A stretch of 64,000 nt of DNA from Trichoplax sp. H2. Taxonomy: Eukaryota. The notes beneath the pieces were generated by a model, which searched no databases, was not told where the DNA came from, and saw only the letters and a program-made list of their open reading frames with translations. Within the stretch, counting starts at the first letter, position 1. The number at the start of each line of letters is the position of its first letter. The translations under genes and the position numbers were made by a program. Of the stretch, positions 14,886-26,845 are shown piece by piece. The stretch spans positions 124,001 through 188,000 of the forward strand of contig NOWV01000018.1 of assembly GCA_003344405.1 (NCBI GenBank), written 5' to 3'.

Positions 14886-16132
14886 ATCTATTGCTATTAC
14901 TCTACTCTACTCTACTCCGTAATTGGACACATTTGATGCGTGGTAACAAAGTTGATGCATAACCGTAGTTAAAAGATATTCTATATATATATATTGAACG
15001 TTCCAAATCAGTGTTATGCTAGTTATTGATGGCTACGCTGGAAAATTAGCATAATTAACATCAACAAAAGAAGCCATTAGGGTAAATGCAGTTTTAATGA
15101 ATAACTTCAGTGTTGTCTACAGTTGAAGAAATTTCCATGATGGACTGTGCTGTGCTGGGTTTGACATTGGACGCACTACAGTACAGTATACCATACGGGC
15201 TGTTACCGTATTTTACTGTAGTCTGTGACAAGATGCGTACTGTAACGTTGGACTGAACTGTACTGCGCAGTGGCGTCAACAAGAAGAGTTGAGGCGTCAA
15301 AGTGTCAGACCAGTTTATCAGGTTTTCAATAGTGAAAAGAGCTTCTATTGTAAATAAACATACTGCAACCGACGTTGTCGTATCCCCTGCGGTAGTAGTG
15401 GACAGTACAGTATAGCAGTGTAGTAATGTAAACATCAAGCTGGCTACAAGCAATGCTTCAAACGCCGGTGTAAACCTAGTCAAAATTCAAAATGGACCAA
15501 ATAACGTAGTGCAATCATATTGCGTGTGAACAAGAACTTCTTTCACCAGCATCAATTTGCAACATGAGGAAAAGGATCCATTTTTAGTTGTACTAGAACT
15601 TGGATGGTAAAAGCCAATGCGGTTTTTACCTCTATTGCACCCTGTAAAAAAGAGCCGTCGTATTAAAGTAATACAAGTCAAGATAAACGGAAAATAGTAG
15701 AGGCAACGCCCCATGTTTACTCTTGAATGTATTTACTGTGTTAAAAACTGCATTGGGGTGGACAACTTTAAACTACAATGGACAATAATACTATCTCTAT
15801 TTCCAGCCCTGATGAATTTGTGAGACTGCATCTCGCAGACAAGCAATTTCAATCCTAGGGTGTTGGTCCCAGTTTTCAGCAAGCAACATTCTAGTTCTTC
15901 CATCCTAGCACTTGTAATTTCCAATTATCAATCGTTTTCTATTGAATTGTTAAGGTTAATTGATCAAAAATAGTGTCAATATTAAGCCAGTTCAAAAGGC
16001 AAAGCAGAGTGAACATTGTCAACTTGCTTTTTTTATTTTGATGGTCAATCCACTTCTCTAGTTTGACTTGCCGTTAACCACTTGCAATTTCTTTCCACTT
16101 TAGAACCGAATTATTACAATTTCCACTACAAG

Positions 16133-18455
16133 ATGGGCAAGGTGAGCGATATTGTAGTTGTATGTGACTTGTTGAAATCGACAAATAAAGCAGCAGTATT
16201 GTAGGCAAATCAACAACCATTGTTTCCTTCTTGCAATCCAAACTAGGGAATTCTTGAGCGCTTGAATGAAGGTGTCGTTATTGGAGATGGCGGTTTCGTA
16301 TTTGCTTTAGAAAAACGTGGCTACGTCAAGGCTGGTCCATGGACACCAGAAGCCGTTATCGAATATCCAGAAGCCGGTAAAATATGTAGAGATGTAGACA
16401 CTTACCACCGCTATCTTACTCTAACTGTCAGCGTAAATGGTATCGTTTCACAAAAATAGGCAATGCCTTAGTTTCTGTACTTTGAAAGACAACTAAGATT
16501 TTGAACGCAAAAAATAAATACATTGACTAGTTTACGTACAGTACAATAAATTAATACTGAGTGGTAATAGCAGAGATTAATTTGGTAGAAGTAGTACTAT
16601 TTCTGATCAAGTGATTGATGCTAATACAAATGATCCTTTTCTCAGTCAAGCAATTGCATCGTGAATTCTTAAGAGCCGGATCGGATGTTATGCAATGCTT
16701 TACCTTTTATGCCAGTGAAGATAAATTAGAGAATCGTGGTAATAAAGCGGCTCAGCATGGTGTAAGTATTCACTTAATATCGTACAGTATTTTTCTTATG
16801 CTAAACTATTCATTTTTATGGAGATCATATGAAAGTCACTTTTACTATGCATCAATATATAGAGAGCTAACCATACGGCATAGCCAGCGTAGAAAGCCAC
16901 TTTCAATGTCGTCAATAATTGGTAATGACGCTGTAACTAGAAATGCATTCTTTGCGTATCTATAGGTCGGAGCAGTGAATGAAGCCGCTTGCAAAATTGC
17001 TCGTGAAGTTGCTAACGAAGGCGATGCTTTAATCGCTGGTGGAATGTGCCAAACCCCAACTTATCTATCTGGGGGCAATAAAGAAACAGTCCAGATAGAA
17101 TTTCAAAAACAGGCAGATGCTTTTGTAAAGTGCGGTGTAGATTTTCTCATCTGTGAGGTAAAACCTATTCTATCGTGTTATTCAATCATTGATTTCCATT
17201 CAATTTTGGAAAAGCTTTTTATCATAGTACGTACAATGATTTTAAACAACGCTACTCTCCTTAGTACTTTGAACACGTTGAAGAAGCAACTTGGGCTGTC
17301 GAAGTCTGTAAAAAGACCGGCATGGCTGTTGCCGCTACATTGTGTATTAACGATGAGGGAGATATGCATGGCGTATCCACCGCAGATTGTGCCGTAAAGC
17401 TTGCTAATGCTGGTATGGATTACCTAAAATATCAAACACACAATTCTATGCTACTTAAGACAAGTTACAATATGAGGGAGTAGTCGTCGTCGTTATCTTA
17501 GCTCCTATTGCCACTTTTACCTATTATAGGAGCTGATATTATTGGAATAAACTGCCATTTCGATCCTGATGCCACCTTAGCTGGAATTCGTGAAATGAAG
17601 AGAGGCTTAGATGAAGCTGGCTTGAAACGTCATTTGATGAGCCAACCGTTAGCATTCAAGACACCAGATGTAAACAAGCAGGGATTTATTGACTTGCCTG
17701 AATTTCCTTTTGGTAGGCTATATCCTAAACATACACAAATAGAGAAATGAATTGTTTGGTAATAAAATATTTCAACAATATTCATTTAGCTCTGGAACCA
17801 CGTATACTTACAAGATGGGATTGTCACCGTTACGCCAGAGAAGCCTATGATCTCGGAGTTCGATACATTGGTGCTTGTTGTGGATTTGAGGTAGGTGACT
17901 ACTATACCTCAACTAAGCAATATATATCGTCAGTCACAAAATTAATGCCCTGTAAAATAAGCTTTAACAATACCATTACTATTACTTAAATTGATCTATT
18001 GAATAATGATTCCTTCCTTATTCAGCCTTACCACGTTCGAGCTATGGCGGAAGAATTATCTAAAGAACGAGGATGTTTACCTGCAGCTAGTGAGAAACAT
18101 GATATGTGGGGAGGTGGATTGCAACTTCACACCAAGCCTTGGGTTCGAGCAAGGTAAAATATCAATTGGTCTTAACATATGGATACATACTATAAGCCAC
18201 AAACTTCAAATTACTAGTAGTACTGTAATATTTGTTATAAATGCAACGACGATGTATAACAAAGATATTCACAAAACATTCTCTAGAGCTCGACGTGATT
18301 ACTGGGAAAATCTAAGTCCAGCTTCTGGCCGTGCGGAAAGTTCTGCCTTTTCTAAGCCGAATGCGTGGGGAGTAACTGCTGGCGACGATTTATTAAAACA
18401 ACAAAAGGAAGCAACCACTCTAGCAGAAATCTCTAATCTAGCTGGTAGATCATAA
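16133..18455 (+). CDS. BHMT: Betaine-homocysteine S-methyltransferase, full-length copy A (9 coding exons)
   Basis: 9-nt first exon ATGGGCAAG|gtgag, then [36 protein letters not shown] and [30 protein letters not shown]. Zinc ligands in GINCHFDP and IGACCGFE. C-terminal tail [23 protein letters not shown]. Confidence 0.95.
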
Positions 18456-20155
18456 AGAGTTATATAGGAATCTAACTAAGCTAAACTAACTCCATGTTGA
18501 TAACATCTCGATAAGCAGCTGTTTGGATTTGCATCTATTCTTTTATTTAAATGTAGCTATGTGAACATCTGTAATCAGTAAATTATTCTCCAGGCTAACC
18601 GTCACTTAAACTTGCTTGTTACATTTGTAGCAATACTTGAGTAACATTCATGAAGCCATGATGCTTTGTTTGTTTACCTCATGGTTAAAAATATCGTCAA
18701 TTTATTGTCGAAATGCAATATCACTCATATGTTAAATATTGATATTTTGAATATTTAGCTAACTGTAGTTGTAGCCCAGCGTGATAATAAACCAATAAAA
18801 TACTAAGTTAATAATCCGCGGTTTGTGGATGATTTTGGTGTCTTGCTTTCAGAATGAAGCGGTCTTTGCTAATTGAAACTCTGAGTATTTATCTTGATGC
18901 TAAATACCTTGAATTACCTGTGCTGTTATCTCTGCCGCCCTTCGATAATTTATCATGTCGAGTTTAGCGAATAGCTTTCTTCGGGTACAGCATATGCATT
19001 AAAGGCTAGAGAATACTTATATACTCTACGCTACGAATCTATATTAGTAAAATTTAACTACAGAGTATATAGCATATGACAGTTGTTTATAACGTTTTCT
19101 TTATAAAAATGTGATCATACAGTAAGTTCAACTGAAGCAAGCATTTTTACTCAAATGAATCCGTAAAGTACTTTATTTATATCTTGATATAGTGCTAGGA
19201 AGTACACTTTTGCATTGTACCCTTTAGCTGTTTTCTAAGGTATTCAAACAATTCCTTTCTAATAGTTATCCAATTAACACTGAAATTACAATTGAACCTA
19301 TTACATGTCTAATGCTAAGGGCAATGCTTTAAATAATTCTGTTTCCGCCATATCGTAAATATGTTTAGTTATTGGGAGGTAGTTTTCCCTGAGGGCAATT
19401 GTCTGGGGAATTTTCCTAGAATTATTTCCACTATAACAATATTAAATTGATACCTGCATGTAGCAAGTGTGGCAGCGCTATTGTACGACAAACTGAACGC
19501 CAGCAGGACTTGACTAGTATATCAGAATAAAGGCACTAAATGAACATATCGCTTGGATGATCAATATTAAATACTGGAACCGAAATTATGATCCGCACCG
19601 ATTTGTTAGCCTGCTTTCTAGCAGTAAACTAAGCTTTGAAAAATATAAATGGATTATTCGGCATATGCAGATAGCATATTTGCAATGTTTTGGATAGCTA
19701 TCCACGTTTGTAATATTTCAGATGAAATCACACGAAACGCTAATCATTAATAACTAATACAACAAACAGAAAGAAAGTCCTATGTTGTTTAATACAAGTA
19801 ATTTGGCAAAGCAAGTAGTAAATTCAAGGCCGTAAGCAGCTCAAAGTCAACGCGCGAAAGCATTTTATTAAATAAGAAATTACTTAGCTTACACATAAAT
19901 ACCACACTACAAGGACTAAACCATAAAAGTAACTAAGATATATGCATTTGCCGTCACATTTCCGTAACAAAACTTGTACCGTAATAAGAAAGCCTTTAGA
20001 TATAAATGATGAATCCATTTATATCTAAAACATCGTAATAGTCAAAGCCTTCATTTACAGTATTACTGGTGCAACATGATAATCTATAACTAGCAGTTGC
20101 AAGATTAATCTTAGTACTGCTAATTTGATTCATGCTCTAGTCATCCGGTACTTCG

Positions 20156-23100
20156 TTAATCAGTGATATCGTGAGAACTAGGTTTCGAGTACGCAGGGCA
20201 TTCTGGTCGCCCAGTAGCAGGACGTAAGTTTTCCCAGTATTCGCGAGAAGCCCTATAAAAATACCGTACACATTAACAACACTTTAACACTTAATTGATC
20301 ACTTTAATCGGTTACAGGGTAGAATCATCCATCTTCGATAAAGCTTGAACATTGATTTTAACTACTATCGATATTACAGAATCCTTTCTGCTGTGGATAC
20401 GCATGCTTAATTTTAAATGTGAGACCGATAGTTCGTGAAGATAATTAACTGTTTAATAGTAAAATATCGTACAAAACTCTTTAATGCTTCGAGTAAGTAA
20501 ATATGCTTAAAATAAAATTATTCCAATTGTGTATGAAAATATAGCTACAATCATACAATATTACTTTATAAACGTTTAGCGTTAAATCTTTCAGCAATTG
20601 CACCCTTACCTAGCGCGAACCCAAGGTTTAGTATGTAATTTTAAACCTCCTCCCCACATTTCATGCTTTTCACTGGCAAGCGGCAATTTACCCCCCCGCT
20701 CAGTAACTAGCTCTTCAGCTATTGCTCGGACATGGTACGGCTATATACAAAAATAAAATAATACATCTATCACAAAATAGCATTACTGCTTTAAAAATTA
20801 TTTTTTTTTCCTTACAAACTCAACAAACTTGCTATTCTATATCGCGCAATCGAGATGTACACAGTACCTCAAATCCACAGCAGGCACCGATATATCGGAC
20901 TCCTAAATCGTAAGCTTCTCTAGCATAACGGTGACAATCCCATCTAGTCAACGTGCGTGGTTCCATAGCTTAAAAATAATAAATTAGTACTATTACTTGA
21001 ACGAAGATTTGAAATGACAGTATTTTCCAGAAAGGAATTTGAACAATAATATACCGAAAGGAAATTCAGGGATATCGACGAATCCATGTTTGTTTGCATC
21101 TGGAGTTCTATAGCCTAACGGTTGAGTTATTAAATGCCGTTTCAAGCCAGCTTCTTCTAAGCCTCTTTTCATTTCTCGTACTCCAGCTAGTACAGTATCC
21201 GGATCGAAATTGCAGTTGATACCAATGATATCAGCTCCTAAAATAAATGTTATCGCAGAAGTTTTTTAATATCTTGAATAAAAATCTATCTATAAGAAGC
21301 TATGCCATTGTCCGACATAACATATCAATGACAATTAATTCGTATCGTAATACCGATCAGTAACAACGTTATCAACACAACATAAGTTATCCATGAACAG
21401 AAACTACATAAAAATACCAGCATTTGCAAGTCTGACAGCACATTCAGACGTTGGAACTCCATCGACGTCTCCTTCCTTATTAATGCATAAAGTAGCAGCA
21501 ACAGCCAAGCCTGTTTTCTTACAAATTTCAACAGCCCAACATGCTTCTTCAGCGTGTTCAAAATACTTTGTAAACGTATAAATAGTAGAGTAAATAGCTA
21601 TTGCAAGCAAAATCAATCTTAAATATACGAACAAATACTGAAATTGTACTGGCAAGAGCTATAGACAATGGGCTGCATAATAAAATATAAACAATACCTC
21701 ACATATCAAGAAATCAACGCCGCATTTGGTAAAAGCATCTGCCTGCTTCTGAAAATGTTCTTGAACGGCTTCTTTGCTTCCACCTTCTGCATATGTAGGA
21801 GTTTGACTCATACCACCAGCAATCAATGCATCACCTTCATTAGCAACTTCGCGTGCAAGTAAGCAAGCAGCTTCATTTATGTTGGTAGACTATACAGTGA
21901 AAATAAAATAATTTCAATATATTGATTATGTAACATTGGATTTTTATCCGCGTCTAGACGATAGTAATTTTATTGGCAGTCCAACAACTACAATTACGAA
22001 GTAATTGATTTTTATAAGATATTTAAATTATTAGAATATATTAAAAGTTAATGCGTTCCGTATAGAGCATACCCCATGACGACCAGCCTTGTTGCCTCGA
22101 ACCGTCAATTTATCTTCGCTAGCATAAAATGTAAAGCATTGCATGACATCGGAGCCAGCTCTTAAAAATTCACGATGTAACTCTAGTACTGTTTAATGTA
22201 TAATAGGTCAAGATATTTAGTAAATTATTTCGCAGCAGGTACAGTAGCGTAATTAAGCTATAGCATTGCACATATAGTAAGATGCCTTTAATATACGGAC
22301 TGTACACTGTGCTTAGTGACAAGTGATTAAAAACAAATACGTGTGCATGTCTACGACAGTACAATTCATTAACCATGTAGAGATAGACCAGGCCGTTAAA
22401 CAATTTACGCAAGTCACTTTTAAGTTTTTATTGCCTATTCTAGAAGTCACCTACGTTATGCATATATGAAGGATATCCTAATCTTAATTTAAGTTAAACT
22501 TTCCCTTAAAACGTTTTGATTTTCTTTGAAGAATATTAAATCTCGTTTTACACTATTTAATCAAATAATAACTTTTTACAGTAATTATACACAGTTATAC
22601 AGTAGTCCATAATGCGTTAACACGTTCGAATTCTGCAACCATTAATATACATTGGATATATATTTGCTAATTTTTGACTACATCACCTGCTTCTGGATGC
22701 TCGATAACAGCTTCTGGTGTCCATGGGCCGGCCTGAACATAACCACGCTTTTCTAAAGCGACGACAAAGCCTCCATCACCAATAATGACTCCTTCATCTA
22801 ATCGTTCAAGGATTCCCTAAAGGCATATAAAATTGGGAATATACGGTTACCGTACATATTTTAGTATAGTATTGTCCATAATCTATTCTAATAACAATCG
22901 TTTGTAAGAGCTAAGGACTACAGAAATAATTGTTAGATCTATATGAAGAGTATAACTATACTGTAAATACTTGTATGAACGAGTATATTGGATATTGCGA
23001 TTAAGTTGTACTACCATACTCAAATATCGCGTTACTGCCACTGTAATTATTATAATCATTCATTTCAACCGCTACTTCATTGGTATGCGCTAGTGCAAAG

Positions 23101-23177
23101 TATTGTATAACGATAATAACAATTAGTTATTATAAAGTAAACTAGTTCATTGAAAGCAATATTCTCACCTTTCCCAT
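20156..23177 (-). CDS. BHMT: BHMT paralogue, copy B, C-terminally truncated (9 coding exons, same intron positions as copy A)
   Basis: ATGGGAAAG|gtgag at 23177, then [44 protein letters not shown] and IGACCGFE. The last exon reads [31 protein letters not shown] (TAA 20156-20158). All exons I spliced are open and in phase. Confidence 0.92.
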
Positions 23178-26100
23178 TTCAACGGTCTTGAATCGAACGA
23201 TAGAAAATATCAAAGATTACCGATTAAAATTGACTCACAATTCTGAATAAAATGATTCCACAATACAACTGCGGCGAGAATAACAAAGATTATAGAAGAA
23301 TTCTCGGTACAATTTCTATTGAATCTTATCCCTACGCTGCTTTATACGTATTAAGGTCAGACATGAGATGTATATTGGACATCACCGAAGCGTAACATTA
23401 CCATCGACAATTTTTTTATCTCTATCCATTAATGCTCATCGATGTTATCCATAATTATCAATATCGCGCTGAAAATGATTGATTTTAAATTTAAATGTCA
23501 CTGAAGAGTAGGTTTGATCTAAATGGTACAGTACTTTAATAACCAATTGTTGTTTCATTGTTGCAAATTCAAATTACTGTGATAGCTCAACAACATGGAT
23601 TACTAGAACCGTTGTTTAATAGTATTTTATACACGACGGTCTTGGCTATTTTTTCCTCAAAGATGACATGATCTACTTACTGTACGTACAAACGGTTAAA
23701 GTAGGAGATGATTATACTGTAAGATAGATTAGCGTATTCTGTAACAACTGTACAGTACTATATGTTACAGTTCAAATTTCACACCAGCCAGCTATACTCC
23801 ATACTCTACTGTTCGTCTTTTTCGAAGATAAACATGCAAACGGTGTTGATTTACTCAATCTCGGACGGTGTCGAAGCAGTCTTCGGCTCGCTCGATGGAC
23901 AAAATAGCAAATTGATCAACGAATAAACAATGATATTGATAACTATGATAATGCTTACTTATCGTTAGCTGTAGTAATTAATCAAGAATAAAGGCAAGTG
24001 AATAAAGTTGTGGAGAACTGAAGACTTCGCCGATGTTAATCTTCTACAATGGAAGCTAAGCGCTTTTTTCCAACGTAGTCGTCCGCGATGATAGCGTTAT
24101 GACAAGCCGATTGTTCCGACGGTAGTATTTACGTGAGGGAGGAGAACAAGATGCCACGGTGGATAGGTTAAAACTACTCTATCACACTGGTGTTTCCGCC
24201 ACAGTCGGTTATAGAGAAGCATTCAAATCACAATTGATGTCATGGAATAAATGCGCATGCATCACCTTTAACCTTTTAATGGCTGTGTTCCATTTCGTCA
24301 AGATGGTGCTATACTGTACGTCGTAGGATGCTGTTGTTTGCAATCTGAAGGCAGACTTTAGAACAGGATTAAGATAGGCGTTGCCTATTTGCCAAGAACT
24401 TTCCCAAAAGAATTAATTAATTCATTATGGATCAATTACTAGTCGTTAATACGTTCATACGCGTGCTTTGACTACCATCTGACTAGCTACGTCTTTGGTC
24501 TCTGTGGAATACTGCTGCAAGCCACGCTGGTCAAGAAAATTGTCAATTATGAATTATTCATCAATCCATTGTACTGTATTTCTACTTCTTTCTGACTGAC
24601 TTTGTTTGTAGTCTCTTTGAAAATACTACAAACAACGTAAACAACTCCATTAACAGTGGAGTACGATCATTGATCGAGATTATGCACGAATACTGTTTGC
24701 CAACTGCCTAAAATGTTGCCTATTTACAGCTCTCCATACAGTGTACACAACATGGCACTACTGTTCAGTAAACCGGTACAGAACAGGATGTTTCGGGTGT
24801 GCAATGGCTGTTTACTTGTTGATCATCAAGAAATAGTACTGGCATCAATCAGTAATCTGATAATGCAGCACTTTCAGAAATATAACAGTTGTAGCGGCTC
24901 ATGTTTTCTTCTACTGTAAAATTTCAACAACTCTCTTAGTCAATCATGGACTAGTCACTAGTCGTAACGATTGAGCAGTCCATCATTGTCCTCAAACGAA
25001 GATGGAAACCTTTCCTAATTTGATTGCAATTCAAGTTGTAGTTCAGCATGATAGCCATTCAACTAAGTTCAAGATCAACAGTGTATAAACAATTTATAGT
25101 ATAGTATACAATACTCGACAATAATAAAACCGCAGAACTCCAGTAGACACAAAGCACCAGCAGACACATGGACTAGACTATGGAATATGCCCTCGAGAAC
25201 ATACGCGTAGTTAGTAGTCCCATATGACTGCAAAAAAAACTGAAAGATCTCAGATGGTCGGACATTTTAAACCTAATAAAAGTGGAAAATGTTTAAAAAT
25301 ACTGGCTTAGTATCAATCTCTTGAAGAGTATCTGTTCTCTTCCTCATTCAAGACTATGTTAGACGGTATAGAATTACTTTCAAGGAGATTCTAGGTAAAA
25401 TAGAAGAGGATGCAATGAACTATTGCTTTCTTTAAAGCAATAATTCAATTACAAAATCCAACATCTGCTTACTAAGGCTATAACGAAGAGAAAAACTGTA
25501 TTTGGAATAGTTTCCAGCCGACATGACACCAGTTATCCGACCGTCCGAATTCGGTTACAATAATACATTGACTACTAGACACTAAAAACATGCCGCCGAA
25601 TGGTTGCTGGTCATTTCAAGTGAAGCGTCGATCTGAAACGATACACTGCAGTATGCTGTACACTGAGTGTACAGTACTGTCGACGATTGTAAGCCAAATT
25701 ACCGTCGCTGCTGGGTTAGTTTTGTACTCGACACTGTAAGCCTGTTCGAATTTTAAATTTGGTTCAATATCCAATTGCTTTACGACTAAAATGTTTCAAA
25801 ATGCAATAAAATCATTTTCTATCTAAAAATTGTTACCGCTTAGCGAACTAAAAACACGCGCAACCGTTTTTTGAAAATGCTTCTGTTGCTATTCGTCCAA
25901 TCTACAGTGTACAGTACAGACCCTTATACTGTAGTGTACAGTACAGTATACTGTAGTATGGGCTTTCAGTCGCAGTGTAACAGTACTGTACAGTACAGTA
26001 CAGTACAGTAGACTACAATGACCAGAAAATGATCGGGTAGGCGCGGCCCACCCCCCATACTGTAGAATAGTTTTTAGCAAGTAATGAACAGTCAGTTCTC

Positions 26101-26267
26101 ATCCACTCTCTTTCTACTGTACATCTGATAAAATCATGCCTACGTGTCTCCATACAGTACTATCAACTACTAAAGGAAGACCTTTTAGCAGTCCATTCCA
26201 CGCTAATACAAGCACTATTGACGACAGTCCATGTCATACAGAGAAGGCAACGCTCTGCCATGGACAA

Positions 26268-26370
26268 TAGGAGAAGTCCGTCCATCCGAGGAAAGTGTTC
26301 GATCCAGGTATGTCCAATGGGGGGACATACCTGGGTCGGACACTTTCCTCGGATGGACGGACTACGCCTA
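26268..26370. repeat. Near-perfect inverted repeat (arms of about 48 bp, 6-nt loop), possible short MITE or hairpin RNA
   Basis: TAGGAGAAGTCCGTCCATCCGAGGAAAGTGTTCGATCCAGGTATGTCC-AATGGG-GGACATACCTGGGTCGGACACTTTCCTCGGATGGACGGACTACGCCTA; TA at both ends. Confidence 0.9.
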
Positions 26371-26845
26371 CCCGTTGAAATCTTATATCACTGTTTTCTG
26401 AATCACTCGTATTAATTTCATTTAAATAGCATTTATGGTCTAATTTACTGCTTCCAAGCAGAGCTTAGCAATACTTAATACATCACAATGTGATATTACT
26501 TCATTCATTTAAAAAAATCAGTCAATTCACAATCGACTGTCTGCATACTAAAGTACTGTCACAACGAAGAAGTATTGGGCTGAATGAGGCCAAAAATATC
26601 CGTCCGTCCAATAAAGTGTTCAATGTTCAGTCCCGCCCAAGTATTCTTCTTCTAGTGGTCTATGGCTATGCAGTCGATGTGCGCAGATTCTTGTCAAGTC
26701 TCCAGAGAAACACTTACTGTAAACCTGCTCAGCAGTTGGCCATGGAGGATATGGTTTAAATTACTGGCATCCATTTTGATTCTATTTGTACCCATCCTAC
26801 CGGTATATTGGCAGAATTTGCCTACTGCAGCTTCCTACTGATTCA

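Noticed and set aside
15094-15924. Three consecutive minus-strand ORFs (129, 75 and 63 aa) as a gene or pseudogene
   Set aside because: No recognisable family motif or coherent splice structure, and the composition reflects the local TACAG/CTGTA motif.
20156-23177. BHMT copy B as a pseudogene or as a true BHMT2 orthologue
   Set aside because: All exons are open with canonical splice sites and intact zinc ligands. It retains the RGN-containing segment that mammalian BHMT2 lacks and resembles copy A more than BHMT2.
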